Assembly: GCA_963760125.1 (NCBI GenBank)
Contig: CAVXBV010000001.1
Location: forward strand, 19,659-83,658
DNA length: 64,000 bases
Direction of reading: 5' to 3'
Source: an uncultured Actinomycetota bacterium
Lineage (GTDB): Bacteria; Actinomycetota; Actinomycetes; Mycobacteriales; SCTD01
Shown: positions 30,418-40,095 of the stretch, in pieces
Layout of the letters: every line of letters starts with the position of its first letter
How positions within the stretch are numbered: position 1 is the stretch's first letter
Position numbers and translations under genes: made by a program
Notes under the pieces: generated by a model
What the model saw: the letters and a program-made list of their open reading frames with translations, nothing else
Databases searched by the model: none
Told to the model about the DNA's origin: nothing

Positions 30418-32964
30418 GTGAAAGCCCTCCGCAGGTTCACCGTCCGCCTTGCCCTCCCGGCTGCCCTCGCACCGCTCGCCGACCTGGTGATGAACCTGAG
30501 GTGGTCGTGGCACACGGCCAGCCTCGACCTGTTCGCCAGCATCGACGAGGCCGCGTGGCAGGCCGTCGGGGGTGACCCGGTCCGACTGCTCGGGGAGGTC
30601 AGTCCTGAGCGCTTGGCCGAGCTGTCGACCGATGAGGTGTTCCTCGCCCGGATGTCGTCGGTGCACGCCGATCTGCAGGAGTACCTCACCGAGTCGAAGT
30701 GGTACCAGTCGCTCGAGGGCGCCCCCGCGTCGATCGCCTACTTCTCGCCGGAGTTCGGCATCACCGAGGTGCTGCCGCAGTACTCCGGTGGGCTCGGCAT
30801 CCTGGCCGGCGACCACCTCAAGGCAGCCTCCGACCTCGGCGTCCCGATCCTCGGGGTGGGGCTGCTCTACCGCGCCGGCTACTTCAAGCAGTCGCTCAAC
30901 GCCGAGGGCTGGCAGCAGGAGCGCTACCCCCCACTGGACCCGCACGGCCTTCCCCTGACCCTGCTGCGCGCGGCCGACGGTGCGCCGGTCGAGGTCAGCG
31001 TCCCGTTGTCGGAGGGCCGAACCCTGCACGCGCAGGTCTGGAAGGCGCAGGTCGGTCGCGTGCCGCTCCTGCTGCTCGACAGTGATGTCGAGGCCAACGG
31101 TCCTGACGAGCGGCTCATCACCGACCGGCTGTACGGCGGGGGGACCGACAACCGGCTGGCTCAGGAGCTCCTGCTCGGCATCGGCGGGGTGCGGGCGATC
31201 CGGGCCTGGACCGCGCTGTCCGGTGAACCTGCGCCCGAGGTGTTCCACACCAACGAGGGGCACGCCGGGTTCCTCGGCATCGAGCGGATCCGCGAGCTCG
31301 TCGCCGGAGGGCTCAGCTACGACGAGGCCCTGGAGGCCGTCCGCTCCGGCACCGTGTTCACGACGCACACCCCGGTGCCGGCCGGCATCGACCGCTTTCC
31401 CAAGGACCTGCTGTCGGGCGTCTTCGAAGGCGGTGCGCTGTCGGGCGTGCCCCTGGAGCGGGTTCTCGAGCTCGGCGCCGAGGACGACCCGTCAGTCTTC
31501 AACATGGCCCACATGGGGCTGCGGTTGGCCCAGCGACGCAACGGTGTCGCCAAGCTGCACGGCATCGTCAGCCGGGACATGTTCTCCGGCCTGTGGCCGG
31601 GCTTCGACACGGCCGAGGTCCCCATCAGCAGCGTGACCAACGGGGTACATGCCCCGACGTGGGTCGCCCGTGAGGTGTTCGAGCTGGCCGAGCGGGAGAT
31701 CGGCACGAACCTGACGACCGAGGCCCAGGGCTGGGAGGACATCGCCAAGGTCGCGGACACCTCCATCTGGGCGACCCGCCGGGCCCTGCGCGAGCGGCTC
31801 GTCATCGAGGTCCGCCGCCGCCTGCACGAGTCCTGGCTGCAGCGCGGGGCCACGGACGCCGAGCTCGGCTGGACCGCGAAGGCCTTCGACCCCGACGTGC
31901 TGACCATCGGGTTCGCGCGGCGCGTGCCGTCGTACAAGCGGCTCACGCTGATGATGCGGGACCCCGAGCGCCTGACCGCCATGCTGCTCCACCCGGAGCG
32001 TCCGGTGCAGCTGGTCATCGCCGGGAAGTCCCACCCGGCCGACGACGGCGGCAAGGAGCTCATCCAGCAGATCGTGCGCTTCGCCGACCACAAGGACGTC
32101 CGGCACCGCATCGTCTTCCTGCCCGACTACGACATCGGCATGGCGCGCTACCTCTACGGGGGCTGCGACGTCTGGCTGAACAACCCCTTGCGGCCCCTCG
32201 AGGCCTGCGGCACCAGCGGGATGAAGAGCGCGCTCAACGGCGGACTCAACCTGTCGATCCTCGACGGCTGGTGGGATGAGATGTACGACGGCGAGAACGG
32301 CTGGGCGATCCCCACCGCCGACGGCGTGACCGATCCCGAGCGGCGCGACGACCTCGAGGCGTCCGCGTTCTACGACCTCGTCGAGAACCAGGTCCGCACG
32401 CGGTTCTACGACGTCGACGACAACGGTGTGCCGCAGCGCTGGGTGGACATGGTTCGGCACACCCTGCAGTCGCTCGGCCCCAAGGTGCTCGCGAGTCGGA
32501 TGGTCCGCGACTACGTCCATCACCTCTACGCACCCGCCGCCGCCGCGTCACGGGGCCTCGCGGCGCATGACTTCGCGCCGGCAAAGGAGCTCGCCGACTG
32601 GCGCCGCAAGGTGACCGACGGGTGGTCGCAGGTGCGCGTGCTGCACGTCGAGGCGGGCGGTGTCGACGACGCCCCAGCGGTCGGGTCCTCGCTCACCCTG
32701 CGTGCCACGGTCGACCTCGGTGACCTGCAGCCCCGCGACGTCGTGGTGCAGGCGGTCTACGGGCGGGTGGACGAGCACGACGACCTGCACCGGCCGGTGC
32801 ACGTGCCGCTGAACGAGGCGGACGCAGGGGAGGACGGACTGCCCCGCTACGAGGGGACTGTGCCGCTGGACCGGGCGGGCGCCTACGGGTACACCGTCCG
32901 CGTGCTGCCGCACCACGACCTGCTGCCCGGCGACACCGAGCTCGGCCTGCTCGCCCAGGCCTGA
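30418..32964 (+). CDS. glgP: alpha-glucan (glycogen/maltodextrin) phosphorylase, GT35
   Basis: VKALRRFTVRLALPAALAPL..L..NLRWSWH...YFSPEFGI...LPQYSGGLGILAGDHLK...EACGTSGMKSALNG (PLP lysine region). GTG 30418 is preferred over 30400 by N-terminal similarity to family members. Confidence 0.85.
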   Translation: MKALRRFTVRLALPAALAPLADLVMNLRWSWHTASLDLFASIDEAAWQAVGGDPVRLLGEVSPERLAELSTDEVFLARMSSVHADLQEYLTESKWYQSLEGAPASIAYFSPEFGITEVLPQYSGGLGILAGDHLKAASDLGVPILGVGLLYRAGYFKQSLNAEGWQQERYPPLDPHGLPLTLLRAADGAPVEVSVPLSEGRTLHAQVWKAQVGRVPLLLLDSDVEANGPDERLITDRLYGGGTDNRLAQELLLGIGGVRAIRAWTALSGEPAPEVFHTNEGHAGFLGIERIRELVAGGLSYDEALEAVRSGTVFTTHTPVPAGIDRFPKDLLSGVFEGGALSGVPLERVLELGAEDDPSVFNMAHMGLRLAQRRNGVAKLHGIVSRDMFSGLWPGFDTAEVPISSVTNGVHAPTWVAREVFELAEREIGTNLTTEAQGWEDIAKVADTSIWATRRALRERLVIEVRRRLHESWLQRGATDAELGWTAKAFDPDVLTIGFARRVPSYKRLTLMMRDPERLTAMLLHPERPVQLVIAGKSHPADDGGKELIQQIVRFADHKDVRHRIVFLPDYDIGMARYLYGGCDVWLNNPLRPLEACGTSGMKSALNGGLNLSILDGWWDEMYDGENGWAIPTADGVTDPERRDDLEASAFYDLVENQVRTRFYDVDDNGVPQRWVDMVRHTLQSLGPKVLASRMVRDYVHHLYAPAAAASRGLAAHDFAPAKELADWRRKVTDGWSQVRVLHVEAGGVDDAPAVGSSLTLRATVDLGDLQPRDVVVQAVYGRVDEHDDLHRPVHVPLNEADAGEDGLPRYEGTVPLDRAGAYGYTVRVLPHHDLLPGDTELGLLAQA

Positions 32965-32973
32965 CCGCGCGGC

Positions 32974-33447
32974 GTGCTCTCCGCGCTCTTCCTCGTCGTC
33001 GCCGACGCGGAGCCGTTGCTGGACGCGGTTCGTGGCCTCCCGGGGGTCTCGTTGCTCGAGCCGGCGCACATCAGCCTGGGCTACCCCTGGGTGGAGGACG
33101 CGGTCGAACGGGTGGAGGAGGTCCGGGCGGCCGCGGCGTCGGTCGCGTCCGGTGCCGTCGACCTGCTCGGGCCGGAGCTGTTCGTCCAGGACGTCCGGCG
33201 TCGGACGGTGGTGCACGCCACCCTGTCCGACGACACCGTGCCCCGGGCGCTCGCGCAGGCGCTGGACGCGCCGCTGCGCACGCCTCATCTGTCGATCGCG
33301 CGGGTCCGGCACCACGCAGACGCTGAGCAGATCGCCGCGGTCGTGGCGCCGTACCTGCCGCTCCGGGTGCGGCTCACCGAGCTCGAGCTGACCGTCCGCG
33401 AGCACGCCGGATGGGTGACGTTGCTGCGGGCGTCCCTGGGTTCCTAG
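32974..33447 (+). CDS. 2H phosphoesterase superfamily protein (LigT / 2'-5' RNA ligase-like)
   Basis: Two H-x-(S/T)-x motifs occur at the expected spacing: PAHISLGYP and TPHLSIARV. 157 aa. Confidence 0.6.
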   Translation: MLSALFLVVADAEPLLDAVRGLPGVSLLEPAHISLGYPWVEDAVERVEEVRAAAASVASGAVDLLGPELFVQDVRRRTVVHATLSDDTVPRALAQALDAPLRTPHLSIARVRHHADAEQIAAVVAPYLPLRVRLTELELTVREHAGWVTLLRASLGS

Positions 33448-33555
33448 CCACTTGTGACGATCTTGCGTAAAAGGGGAACCTCGATCCGTGGCTGACGGTT
33501 GACTGAGCACCAGGCTCGCTTCCGCGCGGACCGCTGATCGGAGAAGGAGCGCACG

Positions 33556-34623
33556 ATGCTCGCTGCGCTCCAGGCCACGATGGCCTTCGAAGAGGCGGCT
33601 GTCGCGGTCCTGCGTCACCTGCATGAGCACGTGCCCATGGCCTTCTGGTCCGTGACGCGCGTGGAGAACGGTCGGCAGACCTACCTCTACCTCGAGGACA
33701 ACGGCTACGGGCTGCGTCAGGGCGACGCGCACCCCTGGGAGGCGAGCTTCTGCATCCACATGGCCGCCGGGTCGACGCCCGCCGTCGCGACCGACGCGCG
33801 CGCGGTGCCGCTGTACGCAGGCGCTGAGGTCGCTCGGCTGGTCTCGATCGGGAGCTATGGCGGTGCGCGCATCGACGAGCCGGACGGGTCGCTGTTCGGC
33901 GCGATCTGCGGGATCGACCCGCAGACCCAGGACGGTGACTCGGCCCTGGCCAAGGCGGAACCCGTCCTCGCCCTCCTGGGCCGGCTGCTGACGCTCGTGC
34001 TCGCCGCCGAGCGAGGGCGGCAGGACGCCGTGCTGGCGGTGGCGACCGCAGAGGAGCAGGCCGATCGGGATGCGCTCACGCACCTGCCGAACCGCCGCGC
34101 CTGGGACCGGGCGCTCGTCGAGGAGCAGGCCCAGGTGCAGCGGTACGGCGACCCGACGGTCATCGTCGTGATCGACCTGGACGGGCTCAAGGACGTGAAC
34201 GACACCCTGGGCCATGCCGTCGGGGACGACCACCTGCGCCGCGCCGCCACCGCCCTCCGGTCGGCCGTCCGGACGCAGGACGTCGTCGCTCGGCTGGGAG
34301 GGGACGAGTTCGGCGTGGTGCTGCGGCGCTGCGAGGAGGCAAGCGCACCGGCGCGCGTTCACGAGCTGTCCGCGGCCCTCGAGAGCCGCGGGGTCGCCGC
34401 TTCCCTGGGGTGGGCACCGCTGACCATCGCCCACGGGGCGGACGCGGCGGTCGAGCAGGCCGACGCGGCGATGTACGACGCCAAGCGCCTGCGGCAGCTC
34501 GAGCCGCAACCACCTGCTCCGCGCCGCCCGGCTCGGGTGGTCGACCTGGACCAGCCGTCCCCCGAACCGCAGAGCGTCAGGCCGGGCGGTCGGCCCGCAG
34601 GAGCACCACCGAGCGACCGGTGA
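33556..34623 (+). CDS. GAF-like sensor + GGDEF diguanylate cyclase
   Basis: ALTHLPNRRAW...VIVVIDLDGLKDVNDTLGHAVGDDHLR...RTQDVVARLGGDEFGVVL has an intact GGDEF motif and an RxxD I-site 5 residues upstream. The N-terminal ~150 aa are GAF-like. An AGGAG-type RBS (GGAGAAGGAG) lies upstream. Confidence 0.8.
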   Translation: MLAALQATMAFEEAAVAVLRHLHEHVPMAFWSVTRVENGRQTYLYLEDNGYGLRQGDAHPWEASFCIHMAAGSTPAVATDARAVPLYAGAEVARLVSIGSYGGARIDEPDGSLFGAICGIDPQTQDGDSALAKAEPVLALLGRLLTLVLAAERGRQDAVLAVATAEEQADRDALTHLPNRRAWDRALVEEQAQVQRYGDPTVIVVIDLDGLKDVNDTLGHAVGDDHLRRAATALRSAVRTQDVVARLGGDEFGVVLRRCEEASAPARVHELSAALESRGVAASLGWAPLTIAHGADAAVEQADAAMYDAKRLRQLEPQPPAPRRPARVVDLDQPSPEPQSVRPGGRPAGAPPSDR

Positions 34624-36670
34624 CGGCCAGGACGACCCCCGGCTCCGCCGTCCCGGTGGCCAGCACCACGTCGTAGGACGTGGCCCACGGCGCACCGGGC
34701 AGGGTCACGCCGGCCTCCTCGGCGCCGAGGTTGAGGACCAGCAGGAAGCTGTCGTCCTCGACCCGCTGACCCCGCGGCCCTCGGGTCTTGATCCCCCGTC
34801 CGTCGAGGTACATCGCGATCACGTGCTGCGCCGGGTCGAACCACTCTGTGTCGGTGAGCTCGGCGCCGTCGGCGCCGAACCACGCGATGTCCTTGACCCC
34901 GTTGGACCCCAGCGACCGACCGCTGAAGAAGGCCTTCTGCCGGAAGACCGGGTGGGCGTGTCTCAGGGCCAGCAGCTGCGACACCAGGTTGGAGAGCTCG
35001 GTGCCCTCGGGGGTCGGCGTCCAGTCCACCCACGAGACCTCGTTGTCCTGGCAGTAGGGGTTGTTGTTCCCGCCCTGTGTGCGGAACAGCTCGTCGCCCA
35101 TCGTCAGCATCGGCACCCCGGTCGACAGCAGCAGCGTCGTCAGCAGGTTCTTCACCTGCCGAAGCCGCAGGGCCTGCACCTCGACGTCGGTGGTCTCGCC
35201 TTCGACCCCGCAGTTCCACGACCGGTTGTGCGACTCCCCGTCACGGCCCTGCTCGCCGTTGGCGTCGTTGTGCTTGGTCTCGTAGGTCGTGAGGTCCCGC
35301 ATCGTGAAGCCGTCGTGCGCGGTCACGAAGTTGATGGAGGCGTAGGGGCGGCGGCCGTCGTCCTGGTACAGGTCGCTCGATCCGGACAGCCGGTAGGCCA
35401 GCTCGCGGACCCCCTGCTGCTCGCCGCGCCAGACGTCACGGACGGTGTCGCGGTACTTGCCGTTCCACTCGGTCCAGAGCGGCGGGAACTCCCCGACCTG
35501 GTAGCCGCCCTCACCGAGGTCCCAGGGCTCGGCGATGAGCTTCACCTGGCTCACCACCGGGTCCTGCTGGATCACGTCGAAGAACGCCGACAGCTTGTCG
35601 ACGTCGTGCATCGACCGGGCCAGCGCCGAGGCGAGGTCGAAGCGGAACCCGTCGACGTGCATCTCTGTCACCCAGTACCGCAGGGAGTCCATGAGCAGCT
35701 GCAGCACGTGCGGGTTGCGGGCGTCGAGGGTGTTCCCGCAGCCGGTGTAGTCGCGGTAGCTCGCGGGATCCGTCTCCTCGAGGCGGTAGTAGTGCGCGTT
35801 GTCGATCCCGCGGAACGACAGGGTGGGACCGGTCTCGTCACCCTCGGCGGTGTGGTTGTAGACGACGTCGAGCAGTACCTCGATGCCGGCGGCGTGGAGT
35901 GCCCGGACCATCGCCTTGAACTCGCGCACCTGCTCCCCGCGGGAGCCGCTGGCGCTGAAGCCGGCGTGCGGCGCGAAGTAGCCCAGCGAGTTGTACCCCC
36001 AGTAGTTCGTCAGGTCCCGCCGCAGCAGGTGCGGTTCGGAGACGAAGTGGTGCACGGGCATGAGCTCGACGGCGGTGATCCCGAGCCGCTGCAGGTGGGC
36101 GATCGCGGCGGGGTGCGCCAGCCCGGCGTAGGTGCCGCGCAGCTCCTGCGGGATGTCGGGGTGCAGCGCGGTGAAGCCCTTGACGTGGAGCTCGTAGATG
36201 ACGGTGTCGGACCACGCGTGGTGCGGTCGGTGGTGGTCGTCGCCCCAGGGGAAGGCGTCATGCACGACCACCGACTTCGGGACGTACGGCGCGCTGTCGC
36301 GGTGGTCTTGGTGGCCGTCCCCCTCGCCGAACACGGCGTCGTGCAAGGCGAAGTCGCCGTCGATGGCCCGGGCGTAGGGATCGACCAGCAGCTTGCTCGG
36401 GTTGAAGCGCAGCCCCCGCTCAGGGGCGTACGGGCCGTCGACCCGGAAGCCGTACCGCTGGCCCGGACCGACCTGCGGCAGGTAGCCGTGCCAGACGTGG
36501 TGGGTCGACTCCTCGAGGGGGATGCGCCTCTCACGTCCGGCCTCATCGAACAGGCACACGTCCACGGCTTCAGCGCCCTGGCTGAACAGCGCCAGGTTGG
36601 TGCCCTCGCCGTCCCACGTGGCGCCCAGCGGCGTGGGTGCCCCTGGCCAGGGTCGCTGCGTCATGCGCAC
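34577..36670 (-). CDS. glgX: glycogen debranching enzyme
   Basis: PLGATWDGEGTNLALFS...YELHVKGFT...YWGYNSLGYFAP...VYNHTAEG...GFRFDLASAL...LIAEPWD...NFVTAHDGFT shows GH13_11 GlgX motifs. Confidence 0.9.
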   Translation of the reverse strand: MRMTQRPWPGAPTPLGATWDGEGTNLALFSQGAEAVDVCLFDEAGRERRIPLEESTHHVWHGYLPQVGPGQRYGFRVDGPYAPERGLRFNPSKLLVDPYARAIDGDFALHDAVFGEGDGHQDHRDSAPYVPKSVVVHDAFPWGDDHHRPHHAWSDTVIYELHVKGFTALHPDIPQELRGTYAGLAHPAAIAHLQRLGITAVELMPVHHFVSEPHLLRRDLTNYWGYNSLGYFAPHAGFSASGSRGEQVREFKAMVRALHAAGIEVLLDVVYNHTAEGDETGPTLSFRGIDNAHYYRLEETDPASYRDYTGCGNTLDARNPHVLQLLMDSLRYWVTEMHVDGFRFDLASALARSMHDVDKLSAFFDVIQQDPVVSQVKLIAEPWDLGEGGYQVGEFPPLWTEWNGKYRDTVRDVWRGEQQGVRELAYRLSGSSDLYQDDGRRPYASINFVTAHDGFTMRDLTTYETKHNDANGEQGRDGESHNRSWNCGVEGETTDVEVQALRLRQVKNLLTTLLLSTGVPMLTMGDELFRTQGGNNNPYCQDNEVSWVDWTPTPEGTELSNLVSQLLALRHAHPVFRQKAFFSGRSLGSNGVKDIAWFGADGAELTDTEWFDPAQHVIAMYLDGRGIKTRGPRGQRVEDDSFLLVLNLGAEEAGVTLPGAPWATSYDVVLATGTAEPGVVLAVTGRSVVLLRADRPA

Positions 36671-36674
36671 GAAC

Positions 36675-37586
36675 CTACGACGCGGGCGTGGCCTTGCCCC
36701 GCGGTCGGGTCGAGGAGCGGCGCTCCCGCGGCAGCAGGTCGGCGAGCGACGAGCCCTCCGGCAGGACGAGCGACTGACCGCGCTTGCTGCGCTCCAGCAT
36801 CGCGTGCACGACGAGGGCGTTGCGGATCAGCGAGGAGAACTCCTCCGGTTGAGCGAGCAGCCAGCCGTGCCGTCCGGTGACCGTCTCGCTCGGCAGGCTG
36901 CCGGCCACGTCGGCCAGCGAACCCGGGAGGATGAGCTTGTCGTCGTCGCCCCAGATGAACAGGACCGGCAGGCCGGACACCACCAGGCTCGCCGCCTCAT
37001 CGGCGAGGTTGGCGGTCACGGCCAGGCGTGCGGTGAGCAGGGACGTGACCGGGCGACGGACCAGGTTGGGGACCAGCGCGCGCAGCATCGAGGGCGCCGA
37101 CCGGGCGACGGCGCGGGGCGAGAGCTCGGTGACCGTCCCGACGGCCCAGCGCAACCACGAGGCGTCCACCAGACCGACGCGTCGTCCGGGGGCACCGCCG
37201 ACCGAGTTGATGAGCGTCAGGGACCGCACGCGGTCGGGCCGATCGGTCGCGAGCTGGATCGCCACCCCGCCGCCGAAGGAGTGCCCGACGACGAACGCCG
37301 GTTCGAGCCCCAGGACGTCGAGCAGCCGACCGACCCGTCGGGCGTACGACGGAAGGTCGATCTCCGACAGCGGCGGGCTCTCGCTCCCGGCGAAACCAGG
37401 GAGGGCGGGAGCGATGACGCGCACCCCCGCCGCCGTGAGGCGCAAGATGCCGTTCGCGTAGGTCTGCGGTCCCAGCCCCCAACCGTGCAGGAACAGCAGG
37501 GGGTCGCCGGTGCCTGCCTCCATCACCCGCACGGCCTCGCCGTCGACCGACACCGTCCGCCAGGTCGGTCGCGCGCGAGGGCTCAC
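36675..37586 (-). CDS. alpha/beta hydrolase
   Basis: The GTG start overlaps the upstream stop (GTGA). LLFLHGWGLGPQTY...FVVGHSFGGGVAIQLA (GHSFG nucleophile) ...IWGDDDKLI...GRHGWLL. The N-terminal 180 aa of the track ORF are an extension through the upstream gene. Confidence 0.7.
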   Translation of the reverse strand: MSPRARPTWRTVSVDGEAVRVMEAGTGDPLLFLHGWGLGPQTYANGILRLTAAGVRVIAPALPGFAGSESPPLSEIDLPSYARRVGRLLDVLGLEPAFVVGHSFGGGVAIQLATDRPDRVRSLTLINSVGGAPGRRVGLVDASWLRWAVGTVTELSPRAVARSAPSMLRALVPNLVRRPVTSLLTARLAVTANLADEAASLVVSGLPVLFIWGDDDKLILPGSLADVAGSLPSETVTGRHGWLLAQPEEFSSLIRNALVVHAMLERSKRGQSLVLPEGSSLADLLPRERRSSTRPRGKATPAS

Positions 37587-38272
37587 GGGGTGGCCTCGTG
37601 ACCGGGGAGGCCGGCGTGACGGCGGACGTGCTCGTCGACGAGGGCCTCGTGCGTCAGGTCGGCCGTCGACAGTGGCCCATGGCGCAGCACCAGGTGCCCG
37701 AGGCACTTCTCGTGGTCGGCGAGCAGGTCGGCCCACGAGTCGATCAGCGCCGCGGCGGCGACCAGCGCCTCGAGGCGGACGCGCAGGGGCAGCAGCAGCA
37801 AGGACCGCTCCAGCTCCGAGACGACGGCTTCGCCGAGGACCTCGAGCTCCGAGATCGGGTCGAGGTCGAACAGCCCCTCCGGTTCGTCGTCGAGCGGGCT
37901 CAGCTCGGACAGGTCGATCTCGTCGAGCCCGATCTGGCCGGGGCTCTGGTCGGGTTCGACGTCCCAGACGGAGTCGTCGTCCTCCTCCTCGTCCCACGTG
38001 CCCTCGACGTCCTCGAGGGACAGGCCCGACTCGGCGGCCCACCGCGCTTCCTCCTCGAGGTCGATCTCCGCAGGCAAGGCGGCGAAGAAGGCGTCCTGCC
38101 AGCGGTCGACCAGGGTGCGCACGGCGTCGCACCGCTCGAGGGCTCCCCCCAGGTCGCCGCTCGTCGGGACAAGCAGCGCTGCAGCGAGGGTCGCTGCCGC
38201 CTCCGCCGGGAGGTCCTCCAGCGGATCAGCCGAGCTGACGGTGTGGACCACACCGCGCGAGTCACGAAACAC
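37583..38272 (-). CDS. highly acidic hypothetical protein
   Basis: This 229-aa ORF has a central Asp/Glu-rich segment (EDVEGTWDEEEDDDSVWDVEPDQSPGQIGLDEIDLSELSPLDDEPEGLFDLDPISELE). It is coding-like in third-position GC and coupled to the downstream hydrolase. I recognise no family. Confidence 0.5.
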   Translation of the reverse strand: MFRDSRGVVHTVSSADPLEDLPAEAAATLAAALLVPTSGDLGGALERCDAVRTLVDRWQDAFFAALPAEIDLEEEARWAAESGLSLEDVEGTWDEEEDDDSVWDVEPDQSPGQIGLDEIDLSELSPLDDEPEGLFDLDPISELEVLGEAVVSELERSLLLLPLRVRLEALVAAAALIDSWADLLADHEKCLGHLVLRHGPLSTADLTHEALVDEHVRRHAGLPGHEATP

Positions 38273-38320
38273 GGGACGAGCGTAGGGTCCCGGCGACGGA
38301 TCAACGGGAGGACGGGACAG

Positions 38321-39100
38321 ATGGGCGAGTTCGTGCGGCTCGAGGTCGAGGGCGGGATCGGGACGATTCGCCTCGACCGGCCGAAGATGAACGCCATCAA
38401 CAGCCAGATCCAGGTCGAGCTGCGCGAGGCCGCGCTGGAAGCCGGCACCCGCGAGGACGTGCGCGCCGTCGTCCTGTACGGCGGGGAGCGGGTGTTCGCT
38501 GCGGGCGCGGACATCAAGGAGATGGAGACCATCACCTACGCCCAGATGCTGTCGTACGGCACGTCGCTCCAGGACTGCTTCAAGGTCGTGGCCAAGCTCC
38601 CGAAGCCCGTCGTCGCTGCCGTCACCGGCTTCGCCCTCGGTGGCGGCTTCGAGCTCGCCCTGACGGCGGATTTCCGCGTCCTGGGCGAGAGCGCGCAGGT
38701 GGGGGTCCCCGAGATCCTGCTGGGGGTCATCCCCGGCGCCGGCGGGACCCAGCGGCTGAGCCGCCTGGTCGGCCCGGCCAAGGCCAAGGACCTCGTGTTC
38801 AGCGGCCGCTTCGTCAAGGCCGAGGAGGCGCTGGCCCTCGGCATCGCCGACAAGGTGGTGCCCGACGCCGACGTCTACACCGCGGCGCGGGAGATGTGCG
38901 CGCGCTGGGTCAACGGTCCCGCGGTGGCGCTGCGCGCGGCCAAGCAGGCCGTCGACGAGGGCCTCGAGCTCGACCTCGATGCCGGCCTCCGGCTCGAGAC
39001 CTCCTTGTTCGCCGGCCTGTTCGCCACCGACGACCAGAAGGCCGGCATGCGCAGCTTCGTCGACAACGGACCGGGCAAGGCCACCTTCACCGGTTCCTGA
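38321..39100 (+). CDS. enoyl-CoA hydratase/isomerase (crotonase family)
   Basis: MGEFVRLEVEGGIGTIRLDRPKMNAIN...VFAAGADIKEM...VTGFALGGGFELALTADFRV...PEILLGVIPGAGGTQRL. ATG 38321 is preceded by GGGAGGA. Confidence 0.85.
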   Translation: MGEFVRLEVEGGIGTIRLDRPKMNAINSQIQVELREAALEAGTREDVRAVVLYGGERVFAAGADIKEMETITYAQMLSYGTSLQDCFKVVAKLPKPVVAAVTGFALGGGFELALTADFRVLGESAQVGVPEILLGVIPGAGGTQRLSRLVGPAKAKDLVFSGRFVKAEEALALGIADKVVPDADVYTAAREMCARWVNGPAVALRAAKQAVDEGLELDLDAGLRLETSLFAGLFATDDQKAGMRSFVDNGPGKATFTGS

Positions 39101-39301
39101 GCCCAGTGGCGCAGGTCACCCGCCGCGAGGTTGCCGGGTTGCTACCGGCGGGTAACAATCAGGGGGACGAGGGCGGTGACGGGCGCGGACGTGCGCGCCG
39201 ATAGCGTGTCACCCATCCTCGACAGCAGGATCTCGCGCGGTCCACCGCGCGGCGCAAGCCGACATGCGGTCCACAACTTCGGCAAGGAGCATGAGCCACC
39301 C

Positions 39302-40081
39302 GTGAACATCGTCGTACTGGTGAAGCAGGTGCCCGACACCTGGGCCGAGCGCAAGCTCAACGAGTCGGACAAGACGTTGGACCGCGCGTCGGTCGACGTC
39401 GTCATGAACGAGATCGACGAGTACGCCGTCGAGGAGGCGCTCCGCCTCAAGGAGGCCCAGGGCGGCGAGGTCACGATCCTCACCATGGGCCCGGACCGGG
39501 CTGTCGAGACCATCCGCAAGGCGCTGTCGATGGGCGCCGACAAGGCCGTCCACCTCAGCGACGACGCCCTCAAGGGCAGTGACGCCGTACAGACGTCCGC
39601 GGCCATCGCGAAGGTCCTCGAGGGCCTGGAGTTCGACCTGGTCATCGCCGGGTCCGAGGCCACCGACTCGCGCATGGCCATCATGGGTGCGCTGCTGTCC
39701 GAGCGCCTCGGCCTGCCGCAGCTGACCGGAGCCCGCAAGCTCACGATCGAGGGCACCACCGCCACGATCGAGCGGCAGACCGACAACGGGTACGCCGTGG
39801 TCACCGCCGCGCTCCCCGCCATCGTCTCGGTCGTCGAGAAGATCAACGAGCCCCGCTACCCGTCCTTCAAGGGCATCATGGCTGCGAAGAGCAAGCCGCT
39901 CGACACCAAGACCCTGGCCGACACCGGCCTCGACGCCGGCACCGTGGGGCTCGCCTCCGCGCCGTCGCAGGTCGTGTCGTTCTCGAACAAGCCGCCGCGC
40001 CAGGCGGGTCAGATCGTCAAGGACGAAGGTGACGGCGGCGCCAAGGTCGCCGAGTTCCTCGCGTCGCAGAAGTTCGTCTGA
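39302..40081 (+). CDS. etfB: electron transfer flavoprotein beta subunit
   Basis: VNIVVLVKQVPDTWAERKL...NEIDEYAVEEALRLKE...ILTMGP..A.ETIRKALSMGADKAVH...PSFKGIMAAKSKP. GTG 39302 lies downstream of AAGGAG. Confidence 0.85.
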   Translation: MNIVVLVKQVPDTWAERKLNESDKTLDRASVDVVMNEIDEYAVEEALRLKEAQGGEVTILTMGPDRAVETIRKALSMGADKAVHLSDDALKGSDAVQTSAAIAKVLEGLEFDLVIAGSEATDSRMAIMGALLSERLGLPQLTGARKLTIEGTTATIERQTDNGYAVVTAALPAIVSVVEKINEPRYPSFKGIMAAKSKPLDTKTLADTGLDAGTVGLASAPSQVVSFSNKPPRQAGQIVKDEGDGGAKVAEFLASQKFV

Positions 40082-40095
40082 GAGGCAAGGAAAAC

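Noticed and set aside
32548-34695. 715-aa minus-strand ORF across the glgP 3' end, the 2H phosphoesterase and the GGDEF gene
   Set aside because: It is antisense to genes with strong motifs (HxS/T x2, GGDEF), and its own sequence is featureless and R/P/G-rich.
34823-36880. 685-aa plus-strand ORF
   Set aside because: It is antisense to glgX, whose GH13 motifs are unambiguous.
39101-39301. Regulatory RNA in the 200-nt gap upstream of etfB (small hairpin CGCGCGG-tcca-CCGCGCG at about 39232-39250)
   Set aside because: It is only a short GC hairpin that could arise by chance at this GC content, and I recognised no conserved motif.
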